64,000 nucleotides of DNA from Scyliorhinus canicula (taxonomy: Eukaryota), in the NCBI RefSeq assembly GCF_902713615.1, contig NC_052172.1, forward strand, positions 496,001-560,000, written 5' to 3'. Position 1 is the first letter of the stretch. Every line of letters begins with the position of its first letter. Made by a program: the position numbers and the translations under genes. This document shows, in pieces, positions 24,048-37,630 of the stretch. The notes below the pieces were generated by a model that saw nothing but the letters and a program-made list of their open reading frames with translations, did no database searches and was not told where the DNA came from.

Positions 24048-24672
24048 ATCATGGAACGTCGAATCAACTTTTCATCTGTAAATTAATCAGGAAAGTATTA
24101 ATTAGGCTATAGATTGAGCAATCAATGTGAAAGTATCCATTTGCACTTTTTTGAAACTTTGTTGGATTAAAATGTATCAGAAGCACTTTAATCTCACAAA
24201 GTTGTGAACCTTAGGCACGTGTAAAAAGTCAGATAGTACAGCTGATTGAAAAATACATAATTAATCCTAAATTTGTACTGAGACAAGTCCAAAATAAAAT
24301 ATTGGGGTAATGTCTAATTCACATAACAAGCATGTCTTTCGGGACTTCTGGGAGGAAATGGGAGCATGTGGAGGAAACCCATGGAGACACGGGGAAAATG
24401 TGCAGACTCTGCAGAGGCAGCGACCAAGTGGGAAATGAATCTTGGACCATGGCGCTGTGAACCTCTCCCCTGATGTACACTATGCCCTGTTACAAACTGT
24501 TTTTTCACACTCCCCTGGTTTGCATGCTGACCTGGTTACACACTCGCCTGCTTTGAAATCTCAACTGATGTACACACTCCCCAATTTACACACGCTCTTG
24601 TTGTGCATCTTTCCCTGGATCCATACACTCCCCTGGTTGAGATTACTCCCGTAATTTACACATTCCCCTAGT

Positions 24673-25215
24673 TTGCACACTCCCCTGCATTACACACACT
24701 CCCCTGCATTACACACACTCCCCTGCATTACACACACTCCCCTGCATTACACACACTCCCCTGCATTACACACACTCCCCTGCATTACACACACTCCCCT
24801 GCTTCACACACTCCCCTGCATTTCACACACTCCCCTGCATTACACACACTCCCCTGCATTACACACACTCCCCTGCATTACACACACTCCCCTGTATTAC
24901 ACACACTCCCCTGCATTACACACACTCCCCTGCTTCACACACTCCCCTGCTTCACACACTCCCCTGCTTCACACACTCCCCTGCTTCACACACACTCCCC
25001 TGCATTACACACACTCCCCTGCATTACACACACTCCCCTGCATTACACACACTCCCCTGCATTACACACACTCCCCTGCATTACACACACTCCCCTGCAT
25101 TACACACACTCCCCTGCATTACACACACTCCCCTGCATTACACACACTCCCCTGCATTACACACACACCCCTGCATTACACACACTCCCCTGCATTACAC
25201 ACACTCCCCTGCTGT
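24673..25215. repeat. 19-bp minisatellite (ACACACACTCCCCTGCATT)n
   Basis: About 28 tandem units; source of the spurious 255-aa HTPLHY ORF. Confidence 0.95.
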
Positions 25216-27230
25216 ATAAACTCCCATACTTCATACATCCCCCTGCTTTATACATCCCCCTGCTTTATACATCCCCCTGCTTTATACACCCCCCCCCCCC
25301 CCCGGTTTACACATCCCCCTGCTGTATACACTCCCATGCCTCATACACCCTGCTGTTTAATACACCCCCTGCTTGATACACTCCCCTGGTTTACACATCA
25401 CCCTGCTCTGTGCACTGTCATGCTTTATACATTCCCCTGATTCATAGGTCCCCCTGCTTTGTGTACACCCCTGGACCTTGTTTTAGGCCTGAATGGAGCT
25501 TATACTCTCCATGATCTCTCTCAGTTCTAGCAGTGCTCCCAGGCCCCGTTTCCTGTCTTCCGCCAGAACTGGCAAGTCCAGTCCATCGAGGAATAGCTTC
25601 ATCCACGAGTTTGCACTGAGTGCTGAATTTGGTGTATTTGAGTGCTATAGTGAGTGTTTGGTGACTGAGGGAGTGCTGAATTTGGTGCATTTGAGTGCTA
25701 TAGTGAGAGTTTGGTGACTGGGGGAGAAAGGTGTTCCTTTCATTACATTTCCTCAAAGAACGAGAAGGGAGCCAGGAGTTCAGAGTGCAGATGACTGGGA
25801 GCAGAGTCAGAGGGTGGAGTTCCAGTTGATCCACAGGGCAGCTATATTCTGTAAGTTAAGAGGGGATGGAGGCGAGGGCAGTTGCATACTCCTCCTGTAG
25901 GATGTGGGTGGTGAGGGATACCACCGGTGTCCCCTCTGACTATACCTGCGGGAAGCGCACCCAACTCCTGCTCCCCTGAGGCCGTGTAAGGGAACTAGAG
26001 CTGGAGCTGGATGAACTTCGGATCATCCAGGAGGCAGAGGGGGTAATAGGGAGTTACAGGGAGGTAACCACACCCAAGGTGCAGGACAAGAGTAGCTGGG
26101 TTACAGTCAGGGGAAGGAAAACAAACGGGCAGACAGTGCAGGGATCCCTCGTGGCCGTTCCCCTGCAAAACAAGTATACTATTTTGGATGCTGTTGGGGG
26201 GATGACCTACCGGGGGAAGGCCCTAGCGGCCAGGTCTCTGACACTGAGTCTGGCTCTGGTGCTCAGAAGGGAAGTGGGGGAGAATAGAAAAGCAATAGTA
26301 ATAGGAGAGTCAATGGTTAGGGGAATAGATAGGAGATTCTGTGGTCGCGAGCGAGACTCCCGGAAGGTATGTTGCCTCCTGGGTGCCAGGGTCAGGGATG
26401 TTTCGGATCGTGTCTTCATAATCCTGAAGGGGGAGGGTGAGCAGCCAGAAGTCATGGTGCACATTGGTACAAACGACATAGGTAGGAAAAGGGGTGTGGA
26501 GGTAATAAACAAGTTTAGGGAGTTAGGCTGGAAGTTAAAAGCCAGGACAGACAGAATTGTCATCACTGGTTTGTTGCCGGTGCCACGTGACAGCGAGGCT
26601 AGGAATAGGGAGAGAGTGCAGTTGCACACCTGGCTGCAGGAATGGTGCAGGAGGGAGGGCTTCAGGTATTTGGATAATTGGAGAGCATTCTGGGGAAGGT
26701 GGGACCTGTACAAGCAGGACGGGTTGCATCTGAACCAGAGGGGCACCAATATCCTGGGAGGGAGGTTTTCTAGTACTCTTCGGAAGGGTTTAAACTAATT
26801 TGGCAGGGGAATGGGAAACGGATTTGTAGTCCAGCAACTAAGGAAGCCGATATTCAGCTCACCAAAGCGCGTAGTGACGCAGTGGGGAAGGTAACACTGA
26901 CAAAGGAGAGTACTTGCAGGCACGGAGATGGGTTGAAGTGTGTTTAATTCAACGAAAGAAGCATCAGGAATAAGGTGGGTGAACTTAAGGCATGGATCGG
27001 TACTTGGGACTAGGATGTGGTGGCCATCACGGAAACGTGGATAGAAAAGGGGCAGAAATGGTTGTTGGCGTTCCCTGGTTATAGATGTTTAAACAAGATT
27101 AGGGTAGATGGTAAAAGAGGTGGGGGGGTGGCATTGTTAATTAGAGATAGTATAACAGCTGCAGAAAGACAGTTCGAGTAGGATCTGCCTACTGAGGTAG
27201 TATGGGTTGAAGTCAGAAATAGGAAAGGAG

Positions 27231-27453
27231 GGCAGCACGGTGGCACAGTGGTTAGCATCGCTGCCTACGGCGCTAAGGACCTGGGTTTGAATCCTGGCAC
27301 TGGGTCTGTGAGGAGTTTGCACATTCTCCCCTAGCCTGCGTGGGTTTCGCCCCACAACAACCCAAAGATGTGCAGGTTAGGTGGATTGGCCACGTTAAAT
27401 TGCCCCTTAATTGGAAAAAATAATTGGGTACTCTAAATTTTTTTTTTTTTAAA
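27231..27453 (+). mobile_element. Short HE1-headed SINE with A/T tail (copy at ~39705-39928)
   Basis: 16-bp TSD AGAAATAGGAAAGGAG at 27215-27230 and 27454-27469. Confidence 0.88.
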
Positions 27454-29105
27454 AGAAATAGGAAAGGAGCAGTCACCTTGTTGGGAGTTTTCTATAGCCC
27501 CCCCCCCCCCCCCCCCCCCCCCAATAGCAGCAGAGATGTGGAGGAACAGATTTTGGAAAGGTGCAGAAGTCACAGGGTAGTAGTCATGGGTGACTTCAAC
27601 TTCCCAAACATTGAGTGGAAACTCTTTAGATCAAATAGTTTGGATGGGGTGGTATTTGTGCAGTGTGTCCAGGAAGCTTTTCTAACACAGTATGTGGATT
27701 GTCTGACCAGAGGGGAGGCCATATTGGATTTGGTACTTGGTAATGAACCAGGGCAAGTGATAGATTTGTTAGTGGGGAAACATTTTGTAGGTTGTGACCA
27801 CATTTCTGTGACTTTCACTTCAGTAATGGATAGGTGCGTGCAACAGGACAAGATTTACAATTGGGGGAAAGGTAAATACAATGCTGTAAGACAAGAATTG
27901 AAGTGCATAAGTTGGGAACATAGGCTGTCGGGGAAGGACACAAGTGAAATGTGAAACTTGTTCATGGATCAGGTACTACATGTCTTTGATATGTGTATCC
28001 CTGTCAGGCAGGGAAGAGATGGTCAAGTGAGGGAACCATGTTTGACAAGAGAGGTTGAATGTCTTTTTTAGAGGAAGAAAGAGATTGTGTAAGGCTGAGG
28101 AAACAAGGTTCAGACAGGGCGCTGGAGGGATACAAGATAGCCAGGAGGGAATTGAAGAAAGGGATTAGGAGAGCTAAGAGAGGGCATGAAAAATCTTTGG
28201 CGGAGAGGATCAAGGAAAACCCCAAGGTCTTTTACACATATGTGAGAAATATGAGAATGACTAGAGCGAGGGTAGGTCCGATCAAGGACAGTAGCGGTAG
28301 ATTGTCATCGTCCTCACTGTCAACAGGGGTGGTACCAGGGGATTGGAGAGTGGCGAATGTTGTGCCTCTGTTCAAAAAAGGGAATAGGGATAACACTGGG
28401 AATTACAGGCCAGTTAGTCTTACTTCGGTGGGAGGCAAAGTAATGGAAAGGGTACTGAGAGATACGATTTCTGAGCATCTGGAAAAACACTGCTTGATTA
28501 GGGATAGTCAGCACCAATTTATATGGGGTAGGTCTTGCCTTACAAGTCTTATTGAATTCTTTGAGGAGGTGACCAAGCATGTGGATGAAGGTAAAGCAGT
28601 GGATGTAGTGTACATTGATTTTAGTAAGGCATTTGATAAGGTTCCCCATGGCAGGCTAATGCAGAAAGTAAGGAGTCATGGGATAGTGGGAAATATTGCC
28701 AGTTGGATAATGAACTGGCTAACCAATATAAGTCAGAGATTTGTAGTGGATGGGAATTATTCAGCCTGGAGACCAGTTACCAGTGGCGTACCGCAGGGAT
28801 CAGTTCTGGGTCCTCTGCTGTTTGTGATTTTCATTAATGACTTGGATGAGGGAGTTGAAGGGTGGGTCAGTAAATTTGCAAATGATACGAAGATTGGTGG
28901 AGTTGTGGATAGTGAGGAGGGCTGTTGTCTGCTGCAAAGAGACATAGATAGGATGCAGAGCTGGGCTGAGAAGTGGTAGATGGAGTTTAACCCTGACAAG
29001 TGTGAGGTTGTCCATTTTGGAAGGAGAAATGTGAATGCGGAATACAGGGTTAACGGTAGGGTTCTTGGCAAAGTTGAGGAGCAGAGAGATCTTGGGGTCT
29101 CTGTT

Positions 29106-29294
29106 GAAATGAAATGAAAAATGAAAATCGCTTATTGTCACGAGTCGGCTTCAATGAAGTTACTGTGAAAAACCCCTAGTCGCCACATACCAGCGCCTGT
29201 CCGGGGAGGCTGGTACGGGAATCAAACTGTGCTGCTGGCCTGCTTGGTGTGCTTTAAAAGCCAGCGATTTAGCCCAGTGAGCTAAACCAGCCCC
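29106..29294 (-). mobile_element. Family R SINE (duplicated with host CR1; also 41587-41775)
   Basis: Same insertion site as 615-803. Confidence 0.88.
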
Positions 29295-30344
29295 TATGTT
29301 CAGAGACCTTTGAAAGTTGCCACTGAAGTGGATAGAGCTGTGAAGAAGGCCTATGGTGTGCTAGCGTTCATTGGCAGAGGAATTGAATTTAAGAGCCGTG
29401 AGGTGATGATGCAGCTGTACAAAACCTTGGTAAGGCCACATTTGGAGTACTGTGTGCAGTTCTGGTCACCTCATTTTAGGAAGGATGTGGAAGTTTTGGA
29501 AAAGGTGCAAAGGAGATTGACCAGGATGTTGCCTGGAATGGAGAGTAGGTCTTACAAGGAAAGGTTGAGGGTGCTAGGCCTTTTCTCATTAGAACGGAGA
29601 AGGATGAGGGGCAACTTGATAGAGGTTTATATGATGATCAGGGGAATAGATAGAGTAGACAGCCAGAGACTTTTCCCCGAGTGGAACAAACCATTACAAG
29701 GGTACATAAATTTAAGGTGGATGGTGGAAGATATAGGGGGGATGTCAGAGGTAGGTTCTTTACCCAGAGAGTAGTGGGGGCATGGAATGTACTGCCTATG
29801 GAAGTAGTTGTGTCGGCAACATTAGGGACCTTCAAGCGGCTATTGGATATGTACATGGATTATGGTAGAATAATGGAGTGTAGATTAATTTATTCTTAAG
29901 GGCATCACGGTAGCATTGTGGAGAGCACAATTGCTTCACAGCTCCAGGGTCCCAGTTTCGATTTCGCCTTGGATTCCCGGCTGGGTCACTGTCTGTGTGG
30001 AGTCTGCACATCCATCCCGTGTGTGCGTGGGTTTCCTCCGGGTGCCGATCCGGTTTTCTCCCACAGTCCAAAGATGTGCCGGTTAGGTGGATTGGCCATG
30101 ATAAATTGCCCTTGGTGTCCAAAATTGCCGTCAGTGTTGGGTGGGATTACTGGGTTATGGGGATAGGGTGGAGGTGTTGACCCCGGGTAGGGTGCTCTTT
30201 CCAAGAGCTGGGGCAGACTCGATGGGCCGAGTGGCCTCCTTCTGCACTGTAAATTCTATGATAATCTATGATTAATCTAGGACAAAGGTTCGGTACAACA
30301 TCGTGGGCTGCAGGGCCTGTTATGTGCAGTATTTTTCGATGTTC

Positions 30345-32868
30345 CCCTGTTGGGGGATCTGAGGTGTGCAGTCCCCGGTAAAAGTCCTCAAAGGTCTTGT
30401 TAACCTTGTTTGGGTCTGTTTCCAGTGTGCCTCTGCTGTCCCAAATTTGCACAATCTTTCTGTTGGCTGCTCAGCTGGCCTTCTCTGCTGGTGTGCAACA
30501 GGCGGCTGGCTTTGTCCCCGTCTTTGTATAGGGTTCCCCGTGCTTGGTGGAGTTGGTGCACTGCTTTACTCGTGGAGAGCAGGTCAAAGTCCATTTGTTG
30601 CTTTTCCCTCTCTGCCAAGAGCTCTATTGTTGGGGCTGAGTGTTGCCTAGCCACTCTCTCCTCTCTCCCTTTGTGCTTTAAAGGCAATAGTTTCCCCTCC
30701 AATCATGGCCTTTAGCTCCTCCCAGACACGGAGGCTGAGACCTCCCCATTTTGGTTGTTTGTCGTATACTCCGCTATGGCCTGTGATACCCTCTCGCTGA
30801 AAGCCATGTTGGCCAGTCGGGCAGCGCCCAACCTCTATGTGGGGCATTGAGTACTGCCCATCTCCAACCTCACATCCATATAATGTGGAGCATGTTCTGA
30901 GATTACGATTACGGAGACTCCGCCTTGACCAGCTCTGGGAGCACCGATTTTCCAACCAGAAAGAAGTGACTCCTCAAGTATATGTTGTGGACTGGTGAGA
31001 ACAAGGAGAAATCCTGCTGTCCTGGGTGGGTGAACCTCCCACCGCCCCCATCTGCCCCATGAAGCGACCGGGTTCCTTCGCCATGTTCAAGGTCTTCCCC
31101 ATTCCGGGGTTTGAGCTGTCTGTCCATGTGTCCTGTACACAGTTATAGTCCGCCCACCCCCCCCCCCCCCCCCCCCACCATGATCAGTCGGTGTGTCGCT
31201 ATGTAGGGGATTTCTGCCTTTGTCTTGTTAATGAATTTTGCGTTCTCCAGTTGAGAGTGTTCACGTTGACAGTACTATCGGTGCGCCGTCCAACCATGAC
31301 GTACCATCCCCCTGGGTCCGTTACCGTCATCGTCACCTTAAACATAGTCCTGTTCTTTAACAGAATCACTACCCCTCAGGCCCTCGTCCCATGGCAGGAA
31401 TGGTAAGTCTGTCCCACCCAGCCCTTCCTTAGCCACAGCCGGTCCTGCTCTCTCAGGTGTGTCTCTTGGAGGACGACTATGTCGGCTCTCATGTTTCTTC
31501 GGTGGGTGAAGACTCTGGATGTTTTCACTGGGCCTATAAGTCCCTTGACATTCCAGGTTTTGAGGTCCCTTTTCATATCACCTCCCCTTTCCCGTCCCCC
31601 CTCTCCCATCTCCTTTCCCTTTCCCTCCCCCTCTGTCCCCTTTCCCCGAGCTCTTTTTCCCCTATACTTCTCCGTACCTGCTGTTTGTTCCCACTCCCAC
31701 TGCCAGGCACTGCCCCCCCCCCCCCCCCCCAGTTGGAAGACAGCCGCTTCCTCTATCTGCTGCATGTTCCCGGCGTTAGCTCTCCCGTTAGTGTGCTGAC
31801 CCTCCTCCCGGGAGTTACTGTCCCGCTGTCCTCCCACCCAATCTCTGTGGTTTCTGTATGTTCTTTCCACATCATGCCCGACACTAGGTCCTCCGCCTTT
31901 TGCCCTTGTCTGCACGTATAGGGACACCATCTCCCGCCTCTTCGTCAGTCAGTTGTGTTGTGGGGGGTGGAGGAGGGGTGAGGTTCTTTTCTCCCCCTCC
32001 CCTCCCCAATTGTTGGTTTGCCAATGCGCTGCTTTTGCCTGGACCCCTCCCGCCTCTCCTGTGGTCACGGCCCCAGCCCGCAGTCTGTGACAAACGTATC
32101 TGCTTCAGTTGGGGCCTTAAAAACAATATTTTTTGCCCTGGTATGTGACACAGAGCTTGGGTGGATATAACATTCTTAAGTGTACGCCGCTTTCGTACAG
32201 CGCTGCTCTGGCCCTGTTAAATCCAGCTCTGCACATGGCCAGGTCAGCCCCAATGTCCTGATAAATTCAGAGTCTGTGTCCTTCCCTATTTCAGTTCCTC
32301 GTGTTTAAAAATAAAAAACCAATGAGGAGAAAATAAAATGGAGTTCTGCTCCGATCGGGCTGAGAAGCCCGAAGTGCCGGGACCTGCGCAGGAGACCACC
32401 CACGATGCAGTCGTCAATCACCCCAGCCCCGGAGAGAGAGAAGGTGAACAAAACCCCGAGAAATGGAGAGAGGCCCACAATTCAAACAAGAAGGAAAACA
32501 GAGAGAGAGACAAAAGGGACCAAGGGGAGAGAGACCCAACGAGACAGAGAGAAGTAAAGACCCACGGGAGGAGAAAAGAAGAGGAGCAAAACACACCTCC
32601 AAAAAGACAGAGTTCTCCTTTGATCAGCCCGAACTGCCGGCACCAGTGGAGGAGCCGCCCACTATGCTGGCACTGTGTCTTCACTTACAATTCCTTAGTT
32701 GCTCACCCAATAGACCTTTTTTTTCTCTTCCCCTGTACTCTGGTAAGTGCCTCCTTATGCCAAGTTCTGAATTTTCCAAAATATTTCAATTGTTGCACTT
32801 GAAGGTGTTTTTGATTGTAGTGGAGAGCCTCCACGTGTGTGCTACCCCCTCTGAACTCAGCCCCCCTC
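30345..32868 (-). mobile_element. L1 remnant, segmental copy 2
   Basis: WNVKGLIGPVK..DIVVLQETHL; colinear with 1843-4335. Confidence 0.78.
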
Positions 32869-33755
32869 TGTTTAGACTCATAACTCATTTTCCCAATTCC
32901 CCTCATTTCACACATTCACAGGTTTCCATATTCCCCTTGTTTTGCACACTCTCCTTGTTTTACACAGTCCTATGGTTTACACATTATCCTGGTTAACCCA
33001 CTCATCTGCACAATACACTCCCCTGTTCCACACACGACACCGGTTTACACATTTCCAATAGTTAACACACTCCCCATGTTTACCCACTCCTCTGTTATGC
33101 TTGGCTTTACACACTCCCCTGCTTTTACACACTCTGCAAGTTTACACATTTCAACAAAAACACACACTCATATTGTGTAATTGTCAGGTTTTCACAATCC
33201 TCTCTTAAACATTCTTATACGTCTGGTTTTACTCACACACACCTAAAATTTGAGGCTGTAATACCAGGTGTGTTGTACAATCACTGGGTTGGCACACTGC
33301 CCGACTTACACACTTTATAGGTTTTACACAATCCCGGTTCACAGACACCCAGCTTGCACAATCACTTACTTTTTCACACTGTCCTTGTTAACACACTTGC
33401 ACCCATGGCATTGCCCAATCCATTGGTTGTACACACATTCCTGACTGTACAGACTCACAGTTTATGTAATTCTATTACAGGGGAGTGAGTGAACCAGGGG
33501 AGTGAGTGAACCAGGGGAGTGAGTGAACCAGGGGATGAGCGAACCAGGGGTAGTGTGTAAAACAGCACAGTATTTAATTCCCGGATATGATAACAAATAG
33601 CCGTGTGTGTGAAGAACCAGAGTGTGTGAGCAGGGGTGTGTGTTAAACCAGGCAAATGTATAAACCAGGGGCTGTGGAAACCAGGAGAGTGAGAAAACTA
33701 GGAATATGCTAAACCAGGAGTGTGTGCAAAATTAGATCAGTAAGTAAAGCAGTTC

Positions 33756-33855
33756 NNNNNNNNNNNNNNNNNNNNNNNNNNNNNNNNNNNNNNNNNNNNN
33801 NNNNNNNNNNNNNNNNNNNNNNNNNNNNNNNNNNNNNNNNNNNNNNNNNNNNNNN
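33756..33855. other. Assembly gap (100 N)
   Basis: Exactly 100 Ns. Confidence 1.
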
Positions 33856-34434
33856 CCGTTGTTTTTGGGGTCCTGGGTCGTGGGCAGGGGCTTCCTGGGG
33901 CAGATTGGGCTAGGTCCCATGGTCTGTTCCCTTCCTGGGCGCTCCTGGGGTTGGATCTTGAAGTCGGCACGGTGGGGCCTCCATGTGGATTATTCTTTCT
34001 TCCATCACCAGGTAGGTCGGGTTGCTGGGAGGGCCTCTCCGGGTCGGGTCGCTGGGCGGGTCTCTCGGGGTCGCGTTGAGCCGTGTCTTGCCATCGGGGG
34101 TCGGGTCGGGAGCACCGGGGACAAGGCCGGGCGATCCTGGGGCTGGCGTCGGTTGATAGGCCGGGTTTGGAGCTCCGAGGCCCGGTTCAGCTCCAAATCG
34201 AGGTCGGGGCTTCACTTCCGGTTTGGGCCCGATCTTCTTCCAGGTCACGGAGGTCAGGTCGGGTCGGGTCAAAAGGTCTCCAAGGGGCTCGGAGGATCAT
34301 CACGCTTGCAAGAGAAGATAAAAGAGAGAGTAATAATGTTAGCTTTAGAATTAATTTTTAAAAGGTTAGAACGAGTATAAATAAAGTTAAAAGTGGATCT
34401 GTTGGGGAGAGCTTGCAGAGAATCGGCTCGCTCG
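33856..34434 (-). mobile_element. 5' part of the Rex1/Babar element, duplicate of 21508-22084
   Basis: Colinear, near-identical sequence. Confidence 0.75.
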
Positions 34435-36946
34435 GGAGGGAGAGAACTGGGGGAGGGAGTGAACCGGGAGAGGGAGAGAACCGGGGGAGGGTGAGAACCG
34501 GGAGAGTGATTGAACCGGGAGAGGGAGAGAACCGGGAGAGGGAGAGAACGGGAGAGGGAGAGAACCGGGAGAGGGAGTGAACGGGAGAGGGAGAGAACCG
34601 GGAGAGGGAGAGAACCAGGGGATGGAGAGAACCGGAAGGTGGAACAGTGGTTAGCACTGCTGCCTCACTGTGCCAGAGACCCGGGTTTAATTCCAGAATT
34701 CGGAGACTGCATGTGTGGGGGTTTGGACCTTCTCCCCGTGTGTGTGGGTGGGTTCCCCCCCGGGTGCTCAGATTTCCTCCCACAGGCCAAAGATGTGCAG
34801 GTTAGGTGGATTGGCAATGCTGAATTACTGCTTCGTATCCAAGGATGTGTAGGTTCAGTGGGGTCTCGGGTTTATGGAGATAGGGCGGGGAGTGCACCAA
34901 GGTGGGATGCTCTTTCCGAGGGACGGTAATGGGCAGAATTGCCTTCTTCTGCCCTGCAGTAATTCTCGGCTTCTCTGGAAAATGAAGTCAGTCAGTGAAA
35001 TGGTAGTTTGCAGAAAGTGTGAGTTTGAGGGGCTGAATGGCAGTGTAATAACAAACAAGCTGCAGGCAATGGCTGCAAATTGAATATCTCATTGGGACAA
35101 ACACACAGCTACAAAGGTGATTGGTTGAGCCCTGGGGCGCAGGGCCACTTGCACCCACACACACACACAGTCCCCCCAACACGGGCTCTATTGGAGGATT
35201 TGCTCCAAATGTGATGACAGTGAAATGGGGAATATTCCCATTGATTCTCAATGCGGAATTGCTGCGCGGATCTGCGCATGCCCGGGTAACCCCGCCCCCT
35301 GCTTGGCGTCACTCTGATTTGAAGCGCGCATGCGCATCCCCTCCCCCACACTCTCCTTTTGCTCAGTCAGTGGAGACGCTTTGTTCAAACTGAGTGAAAT
35401 GTCAGGGCCCAGGTCAGCGAGGAAACAGCGTTCTCATTGCAGCAGCACATCCATTTGGGAGTGTGAGCAAAGAGGCTCCGAGATCATTACTGACTCGGGG
35501 GAGTTCAGCGAGAATCGGGGGCTGTTTGCAAGAGGCGCAGCGGGAGCCCCATCTTGTTCCGGGACTTGGAGTGAGCGGGGGGAAGGGAGAGCTCTTTCTG
35601 GGCCTGGCTTATTGTCTGATTCTGGGGCAGAATTTGGAGGGTATTTTCTATTTTTACTGATTATCAGTTGAAAGAATTGTTTAATTTATCATTGACCTCA
35701 TCTGACCCTGATTTACAAGAGATATTTTTTCTTCCCCACGTTCATCAGATGAAGATATGAGTTCCAAGATGATGATTCCTCAGCAACATGAATGTGCCGC
35801 CGTCTCCTTCTAACTGACAGTAAGTACAATATTAATCCAACATTGCAGAGACACTTACACAACATCAGCTCCACCGTCACAGGGAACAGAAGCAGTCACA
35901 CTTACATTGAGCTCAAGTCCCAGATAAACATGCCCAATCCAACAGTGCTACACGAGAGGGTAGGTGGGATAATTTTCCACAATTCACCCCTAGTCCATGA
36001 ACTTCGAGCATGCAGTGCAGAAAGAGGTATTTGGCCCATCAAGTCTGCACCAACCCACTTAACCCTCACTCCCACCCGTCCCCGGAACCCAATAACCCCA
36101 CCTAACCTTTTTTGGTCACACAGGGTAATTTATCATGGCCAATCCACCTGACCTTCATGTCTTTGGACTGTGGGAGGAAAGCGGAGCACCCGGAGGAAAC
36201 CAACGCAGACACGGGGAGAACATGCAGACTCCACACAGACAGTGTCCCAGCGGGTAATCCAACCTGGGACCCAGGCGCTGTGAAGCCACAGTGCTATCCA
36301 CTTGTGCTAACTTGCTGCCCTATCATGGAACGTCGAATCAACTTTTCATCTGTAAATTAATCAGGAAAGTATTAATTAGGCTATAGATTGAGCAATCAAT
36401 GTGAAAGTATCCATTTGCACTTTTTTGAAACTTTGTTGGATTAAAATGTATCAGAAGCACTTTAATCTCACAAAGTTGTGAACCTTAGGCACGTGTAAAA
36501 AGTCAGATAGTACAGCTGATTGAAAAATACATAATTAATCCTAAATTTGTACTGAGACAAGTCCAAAATAAAATATTGGTGTAATGTCTAATTCACATAA
36601 CAAGCATGTCTTTCGGGACTTCTGGGAGGAAATGGGAGCATGTGGAGGAAACCCATGGAGACACGGGGAAAATGTGCAGACACTGCAGAGGCAGCGACCA
36701 AGTGGGAAATGAATCTTGGACCATGGCGCTGTGAACCTCTCCCCTGATGTACACTATGCCCTGTTACAAACTTTTTTTTCACACTCCCCTGGTTTGCATG
36801 CTGACCTGGTTCCACACTCGCCTGCTTTGAACTCTCAACTGATGTACACACTCCCCAATTTACACACGCTCTTGTTGTGCATCTTTCCCTGGATCCATAC
36901 ACTCCCCTGGTTGAGATTACTCCCGTAATTTACACATTCCCCTAGT

Positions 36947-37630
36947 TTGCACACTCCCCTGCATTACACACACTCCCCTGCATTACACACACTCCCCTGC
37001 ATTACACACACTCCCCTGCATTACACACACTCCCCTGCATTACACACACTCCCCTGCATTACACACACTCCCTCCCCTGCATTACACACACTCCCCTGCA
37101 TTACACACACTCCCCTGCATTACACACACTCCCCTGCATTACACACACTCCCCTGCATTACACACACTCCCCTGCATTACACACACTCCCCTGCATTACA
37201 CACACTCCCCTGCATTACACACACTCCCCTGCATTACACACACTCCCCTGCATTACACACACTCCCCTGCATTACACACACTCCCCTGCATTACACACAC
37301 TCCCCTGCATTACACACACTCCCCTGCATTACACACACTCCCCTGCATTACACACACTCCCCTGCATTACACACACTCCCCTGCATTACACACACTCCCC
37401 TGCATTACACACACTCCCCTGCATTACACACACTCCCCTGCATTACACACACTCCCCTGCATTACACACACTCCCCTGCATTACACACACTCCCCTGCAT
37501 TACACACACTCCCCTGCATTACACACACTCCCCTGCATTACACACACTCCCCTGCATTACACACACTCCCCTGCATTACACACACTCCCCTGCTTCACAC
37601 ACTCCCCTGCATTACACACACTCCCCTGCT
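36947..37630. repeat. 19-bp minisatellite, copy 2
   Basis: About 36 highly homogeneous units. Confidence 0.95.

Larger units (their letters stand above)
25615..30344 (+). mobile_element. Near full-length CR1 LINE (ORF1 Zn-finger/leucine zipper plus SGNH esterase; ORF2 EN-RT), inactivated
   Basis: 53-bp 5'UTR tandem repeats; ORF1 from 25866 (C..C..C, LELELDEL, IGES, HIGTND, DGLHL); ORF2 [24 protein letters not shown]; stops, internal deletion near 28305, three nested SINEs. Confidence 0.92.

Noticed and set aside
24673-25440. 255-aa His/Thr/Pro-rich ORF (and 229-aa ORF at 36947)
   Set aside because: Translation of a stop-free 19-bp minisatellite; non-ATG start
27498-27522. Long poly-C runs
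   Set aside because: Lengths differ among copies; homopolymer slippage or sequencing noise
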